Below are positions 26,224-36,684 of a stretch of DNA of 64,000 nucleotides, one piece after another. Position 1 is the stretch's first letter. Each line of letters opens with the position of its first letter. Made by a program: the position numbers and the translations under genes. Below the pieces are notes generated by a model, which saw only the letters and a list, made by a program, of their open reading frames with translations, searched no databases and was not told where the DNA came from. The DNA is taken from positions 77,975 through 141,974 of the forward strand of contig PHAV01000006.1 of NCBI GenBank assembly GCA_002841765.1. The letters run 5' to 3'. The stretch comes from Deltaproteobacteria bacterium HGW-Deltaproteobacteria-4 (GTDB lineage Bacteria; Desulfobacterota; Desulfuromonadia; Desulfuromonadales; UBA2197).

Positions 26224-26384
26224 GAGCGTCTGCTTTCAGTGTGTTGTTAAGTTACACAGAGAGTATAGGGGATAAGCGGGTGCAGGTAAACGGAAGAAAT
26301 GGATCCGATGTGCAAAGGATTTTTCACGAAGGAGTACTATTTGCTTTACAGGAATAGGCTCTTCGTGTAATTTGCCAAACCTGC

Positions 26385-26475
26385 GGAGAGATGTCCGAGT
26401 GGTTTAAGGAGCACGCCTGGAAAGTGTGTGTACGTTAATAGCGTACCGAGGGTTCGAATCCCTCTCTCTCCTCCA
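26385..26475 (+). tRNA. tRNA-Ser (anticodon GGA), long variable arm, CCA encoded
   Basis: Acceptor stem GGAGAGA/TCTCTCC, anticodon stem-loop CACGC-CTGGAAA-GTGTG, long extra arm GTACG..CGTAC, T-arm GAGGGTTCGAATCCCTC. Confidence 0.9.
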
Positions 26476-26486
26476 TGAAAAAGCAA

Positions 26487-26521
26487 AGAAGCCCTTGAGA
26501 AATTGGGGGCTTCTTTTTTTA
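26487..26521 (+). terminator. Intrinsic terminator after tRNA-Ser
   Basis: AGAAGCCC ... GGGCTTCT followed by a T run. Confidence 0.75.
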
Positions 26522-26963
26522 TGGGGATATGTTTATTTTCACTGACAAGTCGATTGGTAAGATTTTAGTCAGAGGTCAGGACTATAAAGAAGTTAGCCTC
26601 TTCCGCAGAATCTGTGGAAGAGGCTATTTTTATGCGGTGTGAACCGGTGACGGTCTGTCGTCTTGCCGTCGCCTGTGCCATTAAAGAGAATCTAGTCTCT
26701 CTACTACTACTAGAAGCGCGACCTTGTCGCCCCTCTAACAGAAGGGGGCGAAGAGTCGGCGCGCGTCTTGGCAAAAGATTTGATGGAGTTGCTGCGCGAA
26801 GTACAGGAATAATTACATGGATAGAATAGAACATGGTACTTCATAATTTTATGAGGATTGAACATGCATTCCGATGAAGTATTGAAAATTAGACTATTGA
26901 ATATTTGCGATAACGCTGTATTCTTATGCACGGTTGATAAATTTAAAAAAGGAGAGACTGAAA

Positions 26964-27479
26964 ATGGCGACTTTATTGGAGATGGCAAAAGATATCGTTA
27001 TTGCGCACGCAACCACGACACCGATGTCGAAGGACGATTTGCTCAAAGAGATTCAGGACGTTTATGCTGTACTGTTGGCCCTGGAAAAGGGTGTTGATGT
27101 TGTAGTCGAAGCGGAGGTTGTTGCTGAAGAGGTCAAACCGGCGATTTCTGCTAAGAAATCGATTGGCAAGAATGCAATTACTTGTATCATCTGTGGCGAG
27201 AGCATGAAGACGTTGTCACGCCACCTTATGGCCAAGCACAATATGAAGGCCAAAGATTATCGTAAAGAATTCGGCATTCCCCGGACCCAGGCTCTTGCGG
27301 CCAAGTCCTATTCCGAAACGCGGAAGAAGATGGCTATAGATAGCGGTCTCGGTGAAAAGTTGGCCGCCGCACGGATAGCCAATGCCGAGAAAAAAAATGC
27401 CGCGGTTAAAGAGAAGAAAGTTCCGGCCGGAACCAAAGCGAAGAAACTAACGTCAGCCAAGATGAAAAGTAAGGTTTAA
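26964..27479 (+). CDS. MucR/Ros-family zinc-finger transcriptional regulator
   Basis: ITCIICGESMKTLSRHLMAKHNMKAKDYRKEFGIP...LAAKSYSETRKKMA matches the Ros/MucR C2H2-like core. Start at MATLLEMAKD behind AAGGAGAG. Lys-rich tail. Confidence 0.8.
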   Translation: MATLLEMAKDIVIAHATTTPMSKDDLLKEIQDVYAVLLALEKGVDVVVEAEVVAEEVKPAISAKKSIGKNAITCIICGESMKTLSRHLMAKHNMKAKDYRKEFGIPRTQALAAKSYSETRKKMAIDSGLGEKLAAARIANAEKKNAAVKEKKVPAGTKAKKLTSAKMKSKV

Positions 27480-27506
27480 GTTTATCTGATCGTCATGAAA
27501 TAGCTC

Positions 27507-27537
27507 AGGCCTGGCCATTCGGTCAGGCCTTTTTTTC
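27507..27537 (+). terminator. Intrinsic terminator after the mucR-like gene
   Basis: AGGCCTG-GCCATTCGGT-CAGGCCT followed by TTTTTTT. Confidence 0.75.
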
Positions 27538-27621
27538 AGGTAATTCGATTGTAAATCCCACCTGTTTTGGCTAGAATTCATCCCCGCACTGCTATTATCC
27601 TTCCTTTTCAGGAGTCCTGCC

Positions 27622-28662
27622 ATGGCGATCAAGCCGATCCGTTTTGAAAATGATACTCTCCTCCTTATCGATCAACGCCTCCTCCCCAACCAGGAGGTCT
27701 GGCTCAGTTATAAAGATGCCGAAGGTGTCGCCGAAGCGATTCGCAGCATGGTGGTGCGCGGTGCCCCGGCGATCGGGGTAACAGCGGCTTACGGCGCCGC
27801 CTTTGGTGCCGATGCCATCTACGCCGTTGACTTCATCGAGTTCTTCGAAGAGTTTAACGATGTCTGCGATCTCCTCGCCGCGACCCGGCCGACGGCAGTC
27901 AACCTTTGCTGGGCGCTGGAGCGGATGAAGACCTGCGCCCGTGCTCATGCGGATCTGCCGGGGAGCGAGCTTAAGGCCGCGCTCTTTGCCGAAGCGCATG
28001 CGATAGCCGCCGAGGATGAAATTCTCAATCGGGCGATGGGGGCGCACGGCCAGGAGTTGATCCCGGACGGGTCGCGTATCCTCACCCACTGCAATGCCGG
28101 CGCGCTGGCGACCGGCGGCTTCGGTACCGCCCTCGGCGTCATCCGGGCGGCGGTGGAGGCGGGGAAATCGGTCAGCGTTATCGCTGATGAAACCCGCCCC
28201 TGGCTGCAAGGGGCGCGTTTGACGGCGTGGGAGTTGATGCAGGATGGCATCCCGGTGACGCTGATCTGCGACAACATGGCCGGCTACCTGATGAGCAAAG
28301 GGGAGATCGACTGCGTCATCGTCGGCGCTGACCGCATTGCCGCCAATGGCGATACCGCCAACAAGATCGGTACCTACAGTGTCGCCATCCTCGCCAAAGA
28401 ACACGATATCCCCTTTTATGTTGCCGCTCCCCTCTCGACCATTGATCGCAGTCTGAGTGACGGCAGCCTCATCCCCATCGAGGAGCGCAGCCCTGACGAG
28501 GTCACCCACTGCGGCGGCCACCCCATTGCGCCGGCCGGAGTGACGGTATGCAATCCCGCTTTCGACATCACCCCCGCCCGATACATTAGTGCGATTATCA
28601 CCGAACGCGGCGTGGCGACGGCTGACTTTCAAATCGCGTTGGCGGGGCTCTTTACGCGATGA
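27622..28662 (+). CDS. mtnA: S-methyl-5-thioribose-1-phosphate isomerase
   Basis: LIDQRLLP...[14 protein letters not shown]...THCNAG...[18 protein letters not shown]...[19 protein letters not shown] blocks of the MtnA/eIF-2B family. Confidence 0.85.
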   Translation: MAIKPIRFENDTLLLIDQRLLPNQEVWLSYKDAEGVAEAIRSMVVRGAPAIGVTAAYGAAFGADAIYAVDFIEFFEEFNDVCDLLAATRPTAVNLCWALERMKTCARAHADLPGSELKAALFAEAHAIAAEDEILNRAMGAHGQELIPDGSRILTHCNAGALATGGFGTALGVIRAAVEAGKSVSVIADETRPWLQGARLTAWELMQDGIPVTLICDNMAGYLMSKGEIDCVIVGADRIAANGDTANKIGTYSVAILAKEHDIPFYVAAPLSTIDRSLSDGSLIPIEERSPDEVTHCGGHPIAPAGVTVCNPAFDITPARYISAIITERGVATADFQIALAGLFTR

Positions 28663-31600
28663 TGGGGCCCGGGCAACTCTGTGAACGCCTTGCCGACTTG
28701 GACGGTATCCGGGAGCGCGACAGCTGGCGTCTGCTTGCTGTCGATCTCGGCCTGGTGGAGATTGCCAAGAGCGCCACCAACCTGCAGGAACTGCACGAAC
28801 GACTGGCCTCGGAGTCGCTTCTGGCCGCCCTGATCGGTGATGCCCTGCTCTCTGCCGATCCGGATCAGGCGCTCAATGGCCTGGAACGTTTTTGTGATGG
28901 CCAGCCGCAGGAGCTCCTTCAGCTGATCCTCACGGCACCGCTGCGGCGCCAGCAACTTGTTACCATCCTTGGCGCTTCCCCATTTCTCACTAACATCCTG
29001 TGCCGCGATGAAGAGTTCCCCCGCCGCCTCTTGATCGATGGCAAGATCGACTGTATCAAGAGCGAAGAAGAGATGCTCGCTGAGTTGCGGGACGGCATCC
29101 CTGATGCTGTCGATTTCGTCACCCTGCAGAAGGGATTGCGCCGCTATAAATGCCGGGAGATCCTGCGCATTGCCGGCCGTGATCTCTGCGGCCTCGACGA
29201 TCTGGCTCGTACTACCTATGCCCTCTCGGCTCTGGCGTCCGCCACTTTGCAACGCTCCTGCGAAATCTGCGGAATTCTCCTGAGGGAGGAGTACGGCGCA
29301 CCGCTCCTTGATTCTCTCACTGGTGATGAGGGCATCGAAGCGGAGTTTACCGTTCTCGGGATGGGGAAGTTCGGGGGACGCGAACTGAACTTTTCTTCGG
29401 ATATTGACCTTATCTACTTTTATACGAGCGAGAAGGGGATGACTGCCGGCGTGCCGACACCGCAGGGGGGACGACGCAATCAGATTCATCTCCATCAGTT
29501 CTTTGCCAAACTCGCCGATCTGGTCAGCAAGGCGGTCGGACAGGCGACGGAGGACGGCTTTGTCTTCCGTGTCGATCTGCGTCTGCGCCCGGAAGGGAAC
29601 AGCGGTGAGATGGCGACGCCGCTGCGCAGTGCGGAAATTTATTACGAGCACTGGGGGCAGAGCTGGGAGCGGGCGGCGATGATCAAGGCACGGCCGGTCG
29701 CCGGCTCGATCGCGCTTGGCGAGAAGCTCCTTAAGAGCCTTGAACCCTTTATCTTTCGCCGCTATCTCGATTACGGCATGGTCGAGGACATCAAGGGGAT
29801 GAAGCAGAAGATCGACCACAACCTGACCCGCGAGCGGGAAGGGGAGCGAAATCTCAAGCTCGGACGCGGCGGTATTCGCGAGATCGAATTCTTCATTCAG
29901 GCGCTGCAGCTGATCTATGCTGGCAAACAGCCGGAACTGCGGGAAAAGGGATCGATGGCGGCGCTTTGCAAACTGGTCGAAGCCGGTTTGGTGCGGGAGG
30001 AAGAAGCGACGCTGCTGCGCGAAGCTTATACTTTTTTGCGTACCGTCGAACATCGCATCCAGGTCGTCCAGGAACGCCAGACCCATAACCTGCCGGCGAG
30101 TGACGCCGAGTTGCTGGTCCTGTCCCGGCGCAGTGGTTTTTCCTCGCTGGCGGAGTTCTCTGCGACTCTGGAGCGCCATCGTCAGGGGGTCCACACCATC
30201 TTCCATGATCTTTTTTACAGCGGCGAAGAGACGCTGCGCGACGAGATCCGGCCCGAGATCCTTTGGCTCTTTGATCCGGCCGCCGATGCCGATCTGGTCA
30301 TGGATTATCTCGAAGAGCAGCGCTTCAAGAACCCCGCCGGGGCTTACGAAAGTCTCCTCGCCCTGCGCGACGGACCGAAGAATTCACCAATGACCGAGCG
30401 GGCGCGGCGCCATTTTGAACGGATCGCCCCCCTGCTTATGCAGGAGGTTCTGGCGGCGCCGGAGCCGGAAATGGCGCTGCGCAATCTTGAGCGCTTTCTC
30501 GGCGCCCTGCGCGCCCGCGCGACTTTCTACGCCTTGCTGGCGGAGAATCGGACGATTATTACTCTGCTCGTCTCCCTCTTCGCCACCAGCCAGTTCCTGT
30601 CGCGCATCTTTATCCAGCATCCCGAGATCCTTGATGCCCTGGTCAGCAGTTCCTACAGTGTTACCTTCAAGGAGCGGGAGGTCATGGCGGCTGAACTGGC
30701 GGCGCAATTGGCCCTCCATCCCGATTATGAAGATCAACTCGGCATTCTGCGGCGTTTCCACAAGGAAGAGACGCTGCGCATCGGTTTGAACGATATTCAC
30801 GGCAATACCCGCTTGGAGGAGAGTACTCTGCAGCTCTCGGCCTTGGCTGATGTTTGTCTGTGTGCAGCGATGGAGATGGCGCGGCGCGAACTGCTGCCGC
30901 GATACGGTCTCCCCTGGGTGATGGATGACAACGGACAGGAGCGGCCCGCCGGTTTTGCTATCGTCGGCATGGGGAAGCTCGGGGGGATGGAGCTCAACTA
31001 CCACTCGGATCTTGATATTATCTTTATTCATGAGGGGAGCGGTGAGACCAAACCGGCACCGGGATGCGATCCCGAGCGTTTCCGGCCGCAAACGAATCAG
31101 GAATATTTTTCCCGGCTCGCGCAGCGGATTATCTCGGTGCTGACTCTGAAGACGCCGGAAGGCTCCCTTTACGAGATCGACACCCGTTTGCGCCCTTCCG
31201 GGAATCAGGGGCCGCTGGTCACCAGTCTTGCCGCATATCGCGATTACCATCAAACCACGGCGCAACCGTGGGAGCGCCAGGCGCTGATCAAGGCGCGGGT
31301 TGTTTGTGGCCCGCCGGAGTTGACAAAAAAGATTGACGAGCTCAATCGCCAGATCGTTTATGGCCGTGAGCTGCCGGAGAATCTGGCAGGAGAGATTCGG
31401 CGTTTGCGGGAACGGATGGAGAGTGAGATTGCCAAAGAAGGGGCTGATCACTTTAACATCAAGACCGGCCGCGGCGGTATGGTCGATGTCGAGTTTATTG
31501 TCCAGTATCTGCAACTGCGCCACGGCGGGGCTTATGCCGAACTTCAGGGGCACAGTACTCTGGAGGCGTTGAAGGTCTTGCAGCAGACAGGTTTGCTCGC

Positions 31601-31847
31601 GGTCGCCGACTTTGCCACTCTGCTGCAGGGGTATGAATTTCTCCGTCGCCTCGAAAACAAGTTGCGGCTGATCCATGACGAATCGATCAGTGCCCTTTCC
31701 GGGGAACCGGCGTATCTGCGCAAACTCGCGCAGCGTCTCGGTTATCCGGATCGCCCGCAGCGTGCTGACGAACTCTTTCTGGCCGAGTACCGGCAGATGA
31801 CGACAGGGATCCGGGCGGTCTTTGCGAAGATTTTTGAGGCTTCGTAA
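28659..31847 (+). CDS. glnE: Bifunctional glutamine synthetase adenylyltransferase/adenylyl-removing enzyme
   Basis: Two nucleotidyltransferase modules ([21 protein letters not shown] and [21 protein letters not shown]), each followed by D.RLRP.G..G. 1062 aa. ATGA overlap with mtnA. Confidence 0.9.
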   Translation: MMGPGQLCERLADLDGIRERDSWRLLAVDLGLVEIAKSATNLQELHERLASESLLAALIGDALLSADPDQALNGLERFCDGQPQELLQLILTAPLRRQQLVTILGASPFLTNILCRDEEFPRRLLIDGKIDCIKSEEEMLAELRDGIPDAVDFVTLQKGLRRYKCREILRIAGRDLCGLDDLARTTYALSALASATLQRSCEICGILLREEYGAPLLDSLTGDEGIEAEFTVLGMGKFGGRELNFSSDIDLIYFYTSEKGMTAGVPTPQGGRRNQIHLHQFFAKLADLVSKAVGQATEDGFVFRVDLRLRPEGNSGEMATPLRSAEIYYEHWGQSWERAAMIKARPVAGSIALGEKLLKSLEPFIFRRYLDYGMVEDIKGMKQKIDHNLTREREGERNLKLGRGGIREIEFFIQALQLIYAGKQPELREKGSMAALCKLVEAGLVREEEATLLREAYTFLRTVEHRIQVVQERQTHNLPASDAELLVLSRRSGFSSLAEFSATLERHRQGVHTIFHDLFYSGEETLRDEIRPEILWLFDPAADADLVMDYLEEQRFKNPAGAYESLLALRDGPKNSPMTERARRHFERIAPLLMQEVLAAPEPEMALRNLERFLGALRARATFYALLAENRTIITLLVSLFATSQFLSRIFIQHPEILDALVSSSYSVTFKEREVMAAELAAQLALHPDYEDQLGILRRFHKEETLRIGLNDIHGNTRLEESTLQLSALADVCLCAAMEMARRELLPRYGLPWVMDDNGQERPAGFAIVGMGKLGGMELNYHSDLDIIFIHEGSGETKPAPGCDPERFRPQTNQEYFSRLAQRIISVLTLKTPEGSLYEIDTRLRPSGNQGPLVTSLAAYRDYHQTTAQPWERQALIKARVVCGPPELTKKIDELNRQIVYGRELPENLAGEIRRLRERMESEIAKEGADHFNIKTGRGGMVDVEFIVQYLQLRHGGAYAELQGHSTLEALKVLQQTGLLAVADFATLLQGYEFLRRLENKLRLIHDESISALSGEPAYLRKLAQRLGYPDRPQRADELFLAEYRQMTTGIRAVFAKIFEAS

Positions 31848-31871
31848 GGGCGGTTCACGAACCGCCCCTAC
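31844..31871. repeat. REP-type hairpin (variant of GTAGGGGC family), bidirectional terminator position
   Basis: GTAAGGGCGGTTCACGAACCGCCCCTAC, between convergent glnE and the PilZ gene. Confidence 0.7.
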
Positions 31872-32560
31872 AGCTGTTTACGCAGTTCCGGGGAGAGGTC
31901 AAAGTGGTTGATGCCGACTTCAAAGGCCCAGCGCGGCAGCTGCGGGCAGATGTTGTTGAAGAAGGTCAGGATAATGGTGTCACGCAGCAGGGCTTGATTC
32001 ACGAGAGAAATTTTTTCGAAAAGGATGCCGGCGTCATAACGGTTGTCGCTGTCAGGGAAGGTATTCACATAAATGACCTTTGCCGTCAGAGCCAGGTTCA
32101 GCTGTGGCAGCGGCAGGACGATGGGGAATAGTTCTCCGACCGCCAGTTCTCTGGGCAAAGAAAGGCGGGCACCGGCCGGGGAGAGACTGTTTAATCGTCC
32201 GGGTGCTTCCTGATTGCGGATATTCATGGAGATCGGGAGGTCGACAGCGAGGCGCAGGTGGCGGCGGTGGGGGAGGTGGTAGTATTTTTCGAGGAGCTGC
32301 CAGAGATGTTCGAGGACGATCGGCATATTGACGTGATCATTGTCAACATAAGCGGAGAAGATGAGGTCGATCCGCTTGCGATGTTCAGCACAACGCGGAC
32401 AGTTTTCTTCAGCGAGAAGGAGTTCGTCCTGACTCTCCGGGCAAGTTGTACTGACACTGAAGCCCCATTCGTTGAGCAGTGCTGTTAAAAAGAGGCACAA
32501 CCCTTCATCGGTGATGCAGAGATGGATGTTCTTTGCGTTGTTGCGGTCAAAGGTCATCAT
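31868..32560 (-). CDS. PilZ-domain protein (putative c-di-GMP receptor) with an unassigned N-terminal domain
   Basis: HRRHLRL (RxxxR-type) followed by NSLSPAGARL (D/NxSxxG-type) in the C-terminal half. ATGA overlap with the ttcA stop. Confidence 0.6.
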   Translation of the reverse strand: MMTFDRNNAKNIHLCITDEGLCLFLTALLNEWGFSVSTTCPESQDELLLAEENCPRCAEHRKRIDLIFSAYVDNDHVNMPIVLEHLWQLLEKYYHLPHRRHLRLAVDLPISMNIRNQEAPGRLNSLSPAGARLSLPRELAVGELFPIVLPLPQLNLALTAKVIYVNTFPDSDNRYDAGILFEKISLVNQALLRDTIILTFFNNICPQLPRWAFEVGINHFDLSPELRKQL

Positions 32561-33342
32561 TCTTCCTCCGCATGGCTACTCTGCCCGATGAAATCCCAGA
32601 GATCGCGGTCTTGCAGATGACGGGGCTGAACATTACCGAGGGCGCCGATCAGGCTGCTGCGAATATGGGGGATATCCTTGGCGAGCTCCCGGATCAGGCG
32701 TTTCATCCGTTGCCGCTTAAGATCGCTGCAGCTGGCGACCGGACAGGCACAAGAGACGATGGGGAAGGAGTTTTCCCGGCCCAGAGCTATCAGTTTCTCC
32801 TCTTCGACATAAACAAAGGGGCGAATGACCGTCTGTTGGCCGTTGTCGGCGAGAAGTTTCGGGCTCATCGCCGCGAGGCGGCCGATGTAAAACTGGTTGA
32901 GAAGGAGGGTCTCGATAAAGTCGTCAAGATGATGGCCGAGGGCGATCTTGTTGCAGCCGAGGCGCTGTGCGACGTTGTAGAGGGCGCCACGGCGCAGGCG
33001 GGCGCAAAAAGAGCAGTACGACGTGCCGGGGCGGCGTTTCTCTTCAATGATGCTGTAGCATTCGGTCGCTTCCATGTGATAAGTGAAGCCGTACTGCTGC
33101 AGATGCTTTTCAATGACATCGGTGCGATAACCGGGGTAGTCGGAGTCGATGTTGACGGCGACCAGTTCGTAAGGAATCGGCGCATGCCGGCGTAAGGCGT
33201 CGAGGGTGTGGAGGAGGGCATAGGAATCTTTTCCTCCGGAGACGCCGATAGCAATCCGGTCGCCGGCTTCGATCAGGGAAAAATCGCCGACCGCTTTGCC
33301 GGCCAATTTGCGAACTTTATGAAAGAGCTTTGATTCGAGCAA
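32557..33342 (-). CDS. ttcA: tRNA 2-thiocytidine(32) synthetase
   Basis: PP-loop GVSGGKDS, CSFCARLRRG, LGHHLDD and C-terminal SCACP block. Confidence 0.85.
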   Translation of the reverse strand: MLESKLFHKVRKLAGKAVGDFSLIEAGDRIAIGVSGGKDSYALLHTLDALRRHAPIPYELVAVNIDSDYPGYRTDVIEKHLQQYGFTYHMEATECYSIIEEKRRPGTSYCSFCARLRRGALYNVAQRLGCNKIALGHHLDDFIETLLLNQFYIGRLAAMSPKLLADNGQQTVIRPFVYVEEEKLIALGRENSFPIVSCACPVASCSDLKRQRMKRLIRELAKDIPHIRSSLIGALGNVQPRHLQDRDLWDFIGQSSHAEEE

Positions 33343-33445
33343 GGACCCGCCTGATGTATTAATTGATTAAATTCGTCCTGAATTTAAGGGATTTCTGAAA
33401 AAAAAGCAAACCGCTTGCGGACTTTAACGCCTTGCTGGAGACAAA

Positions 33446-34816
33446 ATGCTCCCTTATGCTTTTGATCTGCGCAAATTCATAGAACATCTGAATTGGAACA
33501 ACGAGCTGCACACGATTGCTGTCCCGGTGGCCCTGACGCTGGAGCTTGCCCGGATCACCGAGCGGGTCAGCAAGGCGCACGGTCCAGCCCTCCGTTTCAG
33601 CGCGCTGCAACCGGCGGCCTTGCCGATCCTGACCAACCTTTTCGGCAGCCCGCGCCGTGCTGCCTGGGCGCTGGGGGCGGCGGATGAAGATCTGTCCTTG
33701 CTGACCGAGCGTTTGATCTTGCTGCTGCAAGAAGAAAGCGGCAGTGCCGCGCAGCGATTGGAGAAACTTTGCTCCGCCATCAAGCCGGCATTGGTCCCCC
33801 CCTGCTGGCAGGAGATGGCCGCGGAATTGACGGAACTCCCGTTTCTGCAATCCTGGCCGGATGATGGCGGCAGCTACCTGACCCTGCCGCTGGTGGTGAC
33901 CCGACACCCTGAAAGCGGTGCGATCAACTGGGGGATCTACCGGGTGCAACGCAGTTCGGACGGCAGCTTACTGATTCACTGGAAAGAAGGCTCGGGGGCG
34001 GGTGCTCATGCCCGCGCCTGGCAGGAACGGGGCGCGCCGATGCCGGTTGCCATCGTCCTTGGCGCGCCGCCGGCCCTCCTCTGGGCGGCGGCCGCACCGT
34101 TGCCGGCCGGGGTTGACGAAGCCGCATTTGTTGGTCTCCTTGCCGGCGAAGCGTTGCCGCTGTCGCGCTGCGTGACCCTCGATCTCCTTGTTCCGGCCGT
34201 AGCCGAAGTCGTGCTGGAAGGGTACGTCTTGCCTGGCGAGGTCGGACGCGAAGGTCCCTTTGGTAATCACAGCGGTAGTTATGCACCGGCGGCTCTCGTG
34301 CCGCGCTTGCATCTCTCGGCTCTGCACCGGCGTCGGGATGCCTGTTGTCCGGCAACGGTGGTCGGGCCGCCACCGATGGAGGATTGTTATCTGGCGGCTC
34401 TCACTCCCCAGCTTTTTCTGCCGCTGCTGCGTATCGATTGTCCCGAAGTCGTCGCTCTCTCCATGCCCCTCGAAGGGATCTTTCACGGCTGCGCGTTGGT
34501 GGCGGCTGCAGTGGACCGAAATGGTGCAGAGTTGCTACAGCGCCTGCGCACCACCGATCTGCTGCTGCGCTCGCGACTGCTCATCCTTTTTGGGCCCGAA
34601 GTTAATGTCCATGATTACGCTGCGGCTTTCTGGCGTGCTCTGAATGCTGTCGATCCGCAGCGCGATCTGACGATCCTCCCCGGGATGGGGCTCAATATCG
34701 ACGCTTCCCGTCCTTTGTCTCGCCCGTTATCCCCTGATCCGCAGATCGTGACGCAAGTCGCGGCGCGAGCCCGGGAGTACGGGTTGCCGGCATCCTGGTT
34801 TATTGACTCAAATTGA
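33446..34816 (+). CDS. UbiD-family (prenylated-FMN dependent) decarboxylase, divergent
   Basis: SYLTLPLVVTRHPESGAINWGIYRVQ and GAPPALLWAAAAPLP blocks resemble the UbiD core. 456 aa. GGAGAC RBS. Confidence 0.6.
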   Translation: MLPYAFDLRKFIEHLNWNNELHTIAVPVALTLELARITERVSKAHGPALRFSALQPAALPILTNLFGSPRRAAWALGAADEDLSLLTERLILLLQEESGSAAQRLEKLCSAIKPALVPPCWQEMAAELTELPFLQSWPDDGGSYLTLPLVVTRHPESGAINWGIYRVQRSSDGSLLIHWKEGSGAGAHARAWQERGAPMPVAIVLGAPPALLWAAAAPLPAGVDEAAFVGLLAGEALPLSRCVTLDLLVPAVAEVVLEGYVLPGEVGREGPFGNHSGSYAPAALVPRLHLSALHRRRDACCPATVVGPPPMEDCYLAALTPQLFLPLLRIDCPEVVALSMPLEGIFHGCALVAAAVDRNGAELLQRLRTTDLLLRSRLLILFGPEVNVHDYAAAFWRALNAVDPQRDLTILPGMGLNIDASRPLSRPLSPDPQIVTQVAARAREYGLPASWFIDSN

Positions 34817-34862
34817 ATAAATTCACTATGACAAAAAAACCATATCAGGTAGACTCTGCGCC

Positions 34863-35735
34863 ATGAGTACTTTGGCTTTTAGTCTGATCCTCTTCTCGGC
34901 GCTGATGCATGCCCTGTGGAATCTCCTTGTCAAGCGCAGCCGCGACAAAACCATCTATATCTGGTGGATGTTTGTCGTCTCGGCAACGCTCTTTACCGCG
35001 CTCCTCCCTTTTCTCCCCGGCCCTTTCCCTTTGCCGTCGCCGCATATTGTTGCCCTCGCCGCCAGTGGTGGGCTCTGTTTTGTCCTGTATCATATTGCCA
35101 ATGGTCAGGCTTATCATCGCGGCGACCTGTCCCTGGTTTACCCCCTGTCGCAGACCTCGATGTTGTATGTTCCGGTCTGGGGCGCCCTCCTGCTCGGGGA
35201 AAAGATCTCCGGATTGGGCCTGTGCGGGATTGCTTTGGTCGTGATCGGCGTCTGGTGTGTGCAGTTGCGGCGGATCTCCCTTGATGAAGCCCTCCGCCCC
35301 TTGCGCAGCCTCAATGAAGAGGCGGTGCGCTATGCCCTCTTTGCCGGCTTTATCTACTCGGTCGGCGCGGTCATCGACAAGACCGGGGTCATGGATTATT
35401 CTCCCCTCTACTTCACTTATCTGCTGGTCATCTTCATGCTGGTCTTTATGTCCCTCAACCTTCTCCGCCCCCGCTACCGCGGCCGCATCCTGCGTGAGTG
35501 GCAATACAATCCCCGCCTCATCCTCATTGCCGGTCCGGTGATGATGGGTTCTTTTCTCACCTTCCGCTACGGTCTCAAACTTGCCCCCTTAAGTTACGCT
35601 GTTCCGACTAGGCAGGTGAGTATCCTCATCGGCGTCCTTATCGGCACTCTCTTTCTCAACGAAACCTGCGGCCGCATCCGTTTGTTGGCTGGCGTTACCA
35701 TTCTCGCCGGCGTGGTTTTGATCCGGTTTGGTTGA
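34863..35735 (+). CDS. EamA/DMT-family transporter
   Basis: 290 aa, about ten hydrophobic segments arranged as two similar halves. Confidence 0.65.
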   Translation: MSTLAFSLILFSALMHALWNLLVKRSRDKTIYIWWMFVVSATLFTALLPFLPGPFPLPSPHIVALAASGGLCFVLYHIANGQAYHRGDLSLVYPLSQTSMLYVPVWGALLLGEKISGLGLCGIALVVIGVWCVQLRRISLDEALRPLRSLNEEAVRYALFAGFIYSVGAVIDKTGVMDYSPLYFTYLLVIFMLVFMSLNLLRPRYRGRILREWQYNPRLILIAGPVMMGSFLTFRYGLKLAPLSYAVPTRQVSILIGVLIGTLFLNETCGRIRLLAGVTILAGVVLIRFG

Positions 35736-35795
35736 GGGGTGGCACTCCCCGTCCATTTGCGCTACCATACTGTTCCTACGCACAACCTTGAATTG

Positions 35796-35855
35796 GTAGG
35801 GATACTTCTTGTGGGTATCCGCCTTAATCCGGGCACCCACAAGGGATGCCCCTAC
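35796..35855. repeat. REP variant, two inverted units (GTAGGGATACTTCTTGTGGGTATCC / GGGCACCCACAAGGGATGCCCCTAC)
   Basis: Read directly from the sequence. It accounts for the spurious N-terminal extension of track ORF 35739..36458. Confidence 0.7.
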
Positions 35856-35882
35856 CGGAAATCCTTTATCTGCCGGAGCACC

Positions 35883-36458
35883 ATGAAAAACCTAGCCAAC
35901 TTCCTCTTTGAAGTCGGGATGCTCAAACGCACGCCGCGCACCGGCTTTCAGTTTCTCGGCTCTGGAGCCGAGTCGGTCGCCGAGCACTCCTTCCGTACCG
36001 CCGTCATCGGCTACACGCTGGCGCAGCTTGACGGTACAGTGAATCCGGCGCGGGTCATGCAATTGTGCCTCTTTCACGATATCCCCGAGGCGCGTACCGG
36101 CGATCTAAACTATGTCAACAAGAAGTATGTGCAGGCCGATGAAGGGCGGGCCGTGCGCGATCTTGCCGCGACTCTCCCTTTTGGCGACGATTATCAGGGT
36201 ACGATCGCGGAATTTACCGCCGGGGAGACGCCAGAGTCTTGTCTCGCTCACGATGCCGATCAGCTGGAGATGATCCTCGCTCTCAAAGAGTACCGGGATC
36301 TCGGCAATCGCAATGCCGAAGAGTGGTACCCCTACTCTCTGAAACGATTGAAGACCGTGGTGGCCCGTGAGTTGGCCGAGACCATCTGGGTCACCGATTC
36401 GAGCCGCTGGTGGTTCGAGGGGGAGGGAGAGGCCTGGTGGGTGAAGGGGAAGCGCTAA
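35883..36458 (+). CDS. HD-domain phosphohydrolase (YfbR-like 5'-deoxynucleotidase family)
   Basis: FLFEVGMLKRTPRTGF...SVAEHSF...LFHDIPEARTGD H...HD...D motif set. Start moved to MKNLANF. Confidence 0.7.
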   Translation: MKNLANFLFEVGMLKRTPRTGFQFLGSGAESVAEHSFRTAVIGYTLAQLDGTVNPARVMQLCLFHDIPEARTGDLNYVNKKYVQADEGRAVRDLAATLPFGDDYQGTIAEFTAGETPESCLAHDADQLEMILALKEYRDLGNRNAEEWYPYSLKRLKTVVARELAETIWVTDSSRWWFEGEGEAWWVKGKR

Positions 36459-36509
36459 AGATATTCGGTTGACTTTTTCCGCGGCACCCTGCTAGCTTAA
36501 CATCACAAT

Positions 36510-36610
36510 TTAGCCCTAGGGGAGTGACTGACGTCACTGAGAGTTTCGCCGCCAGCGGGACGACCCTTTGAACCTGATCCGGCTCATACCGGCGTAGGGA
36601 AGCGGCGCAT
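36510..36610 (+). promoter_or_regulatory. TPP (thiamine pyrophosphate) riboswitch
   Basis: AGGGGAGTG...CTGAGAG...ACCCTTTGAACCTGATCCGGCTCATACCGGCGTAGGGAAG matches the THI-box core. Confidence 0.85.
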
Positions 36611-36629
36611 CCTCCCGAACGAATTATGA

Positions 36630-36670
36630 AGACGGTGGAGCCGCGACAAGTCGGCTCCACCGTCTTTTTA
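36630..36670 (+). terminator. Intrinsic terminator forming the TPP riboswitch expression platform
   Basis: GACGGTGGAGCC-GCGACAAGT-CGGCTCCACCGTC followed by TTTTT, 15 nt before the thiF start. Confidence 0.75.
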
Positions 36671-36684
36671 TTTGTGGTGACTTT

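Noticed and set aside
26565-26834. 89-aa (minus) and 71-aa (plus, 26614..26829) ORFs in the AT-rich spacer after tRNA-Ser
   Set aside because: They overlap each other and have no RBS. Their odd composition (Arg/Ser-rich) sits in an AT-rich stretch, and hairpins cross them. I treat the region as non-coding.
28629-31676. Two long minus-strand ORFs (525 aa and 430 aa) antisense to glnE
   Set aside because: No recognisable motifs, and both are wholly contained in the glnE gene, which shows both NTase modules in frame.
27622-31847. mtnA-glnE ATGA overlap as a candidate novel functional module
   Set aside because: Both are standard housekeeping enzymes with complete motifs. The overlap only indicates co-transcription, and I see no sequence feature suggesting a new system.
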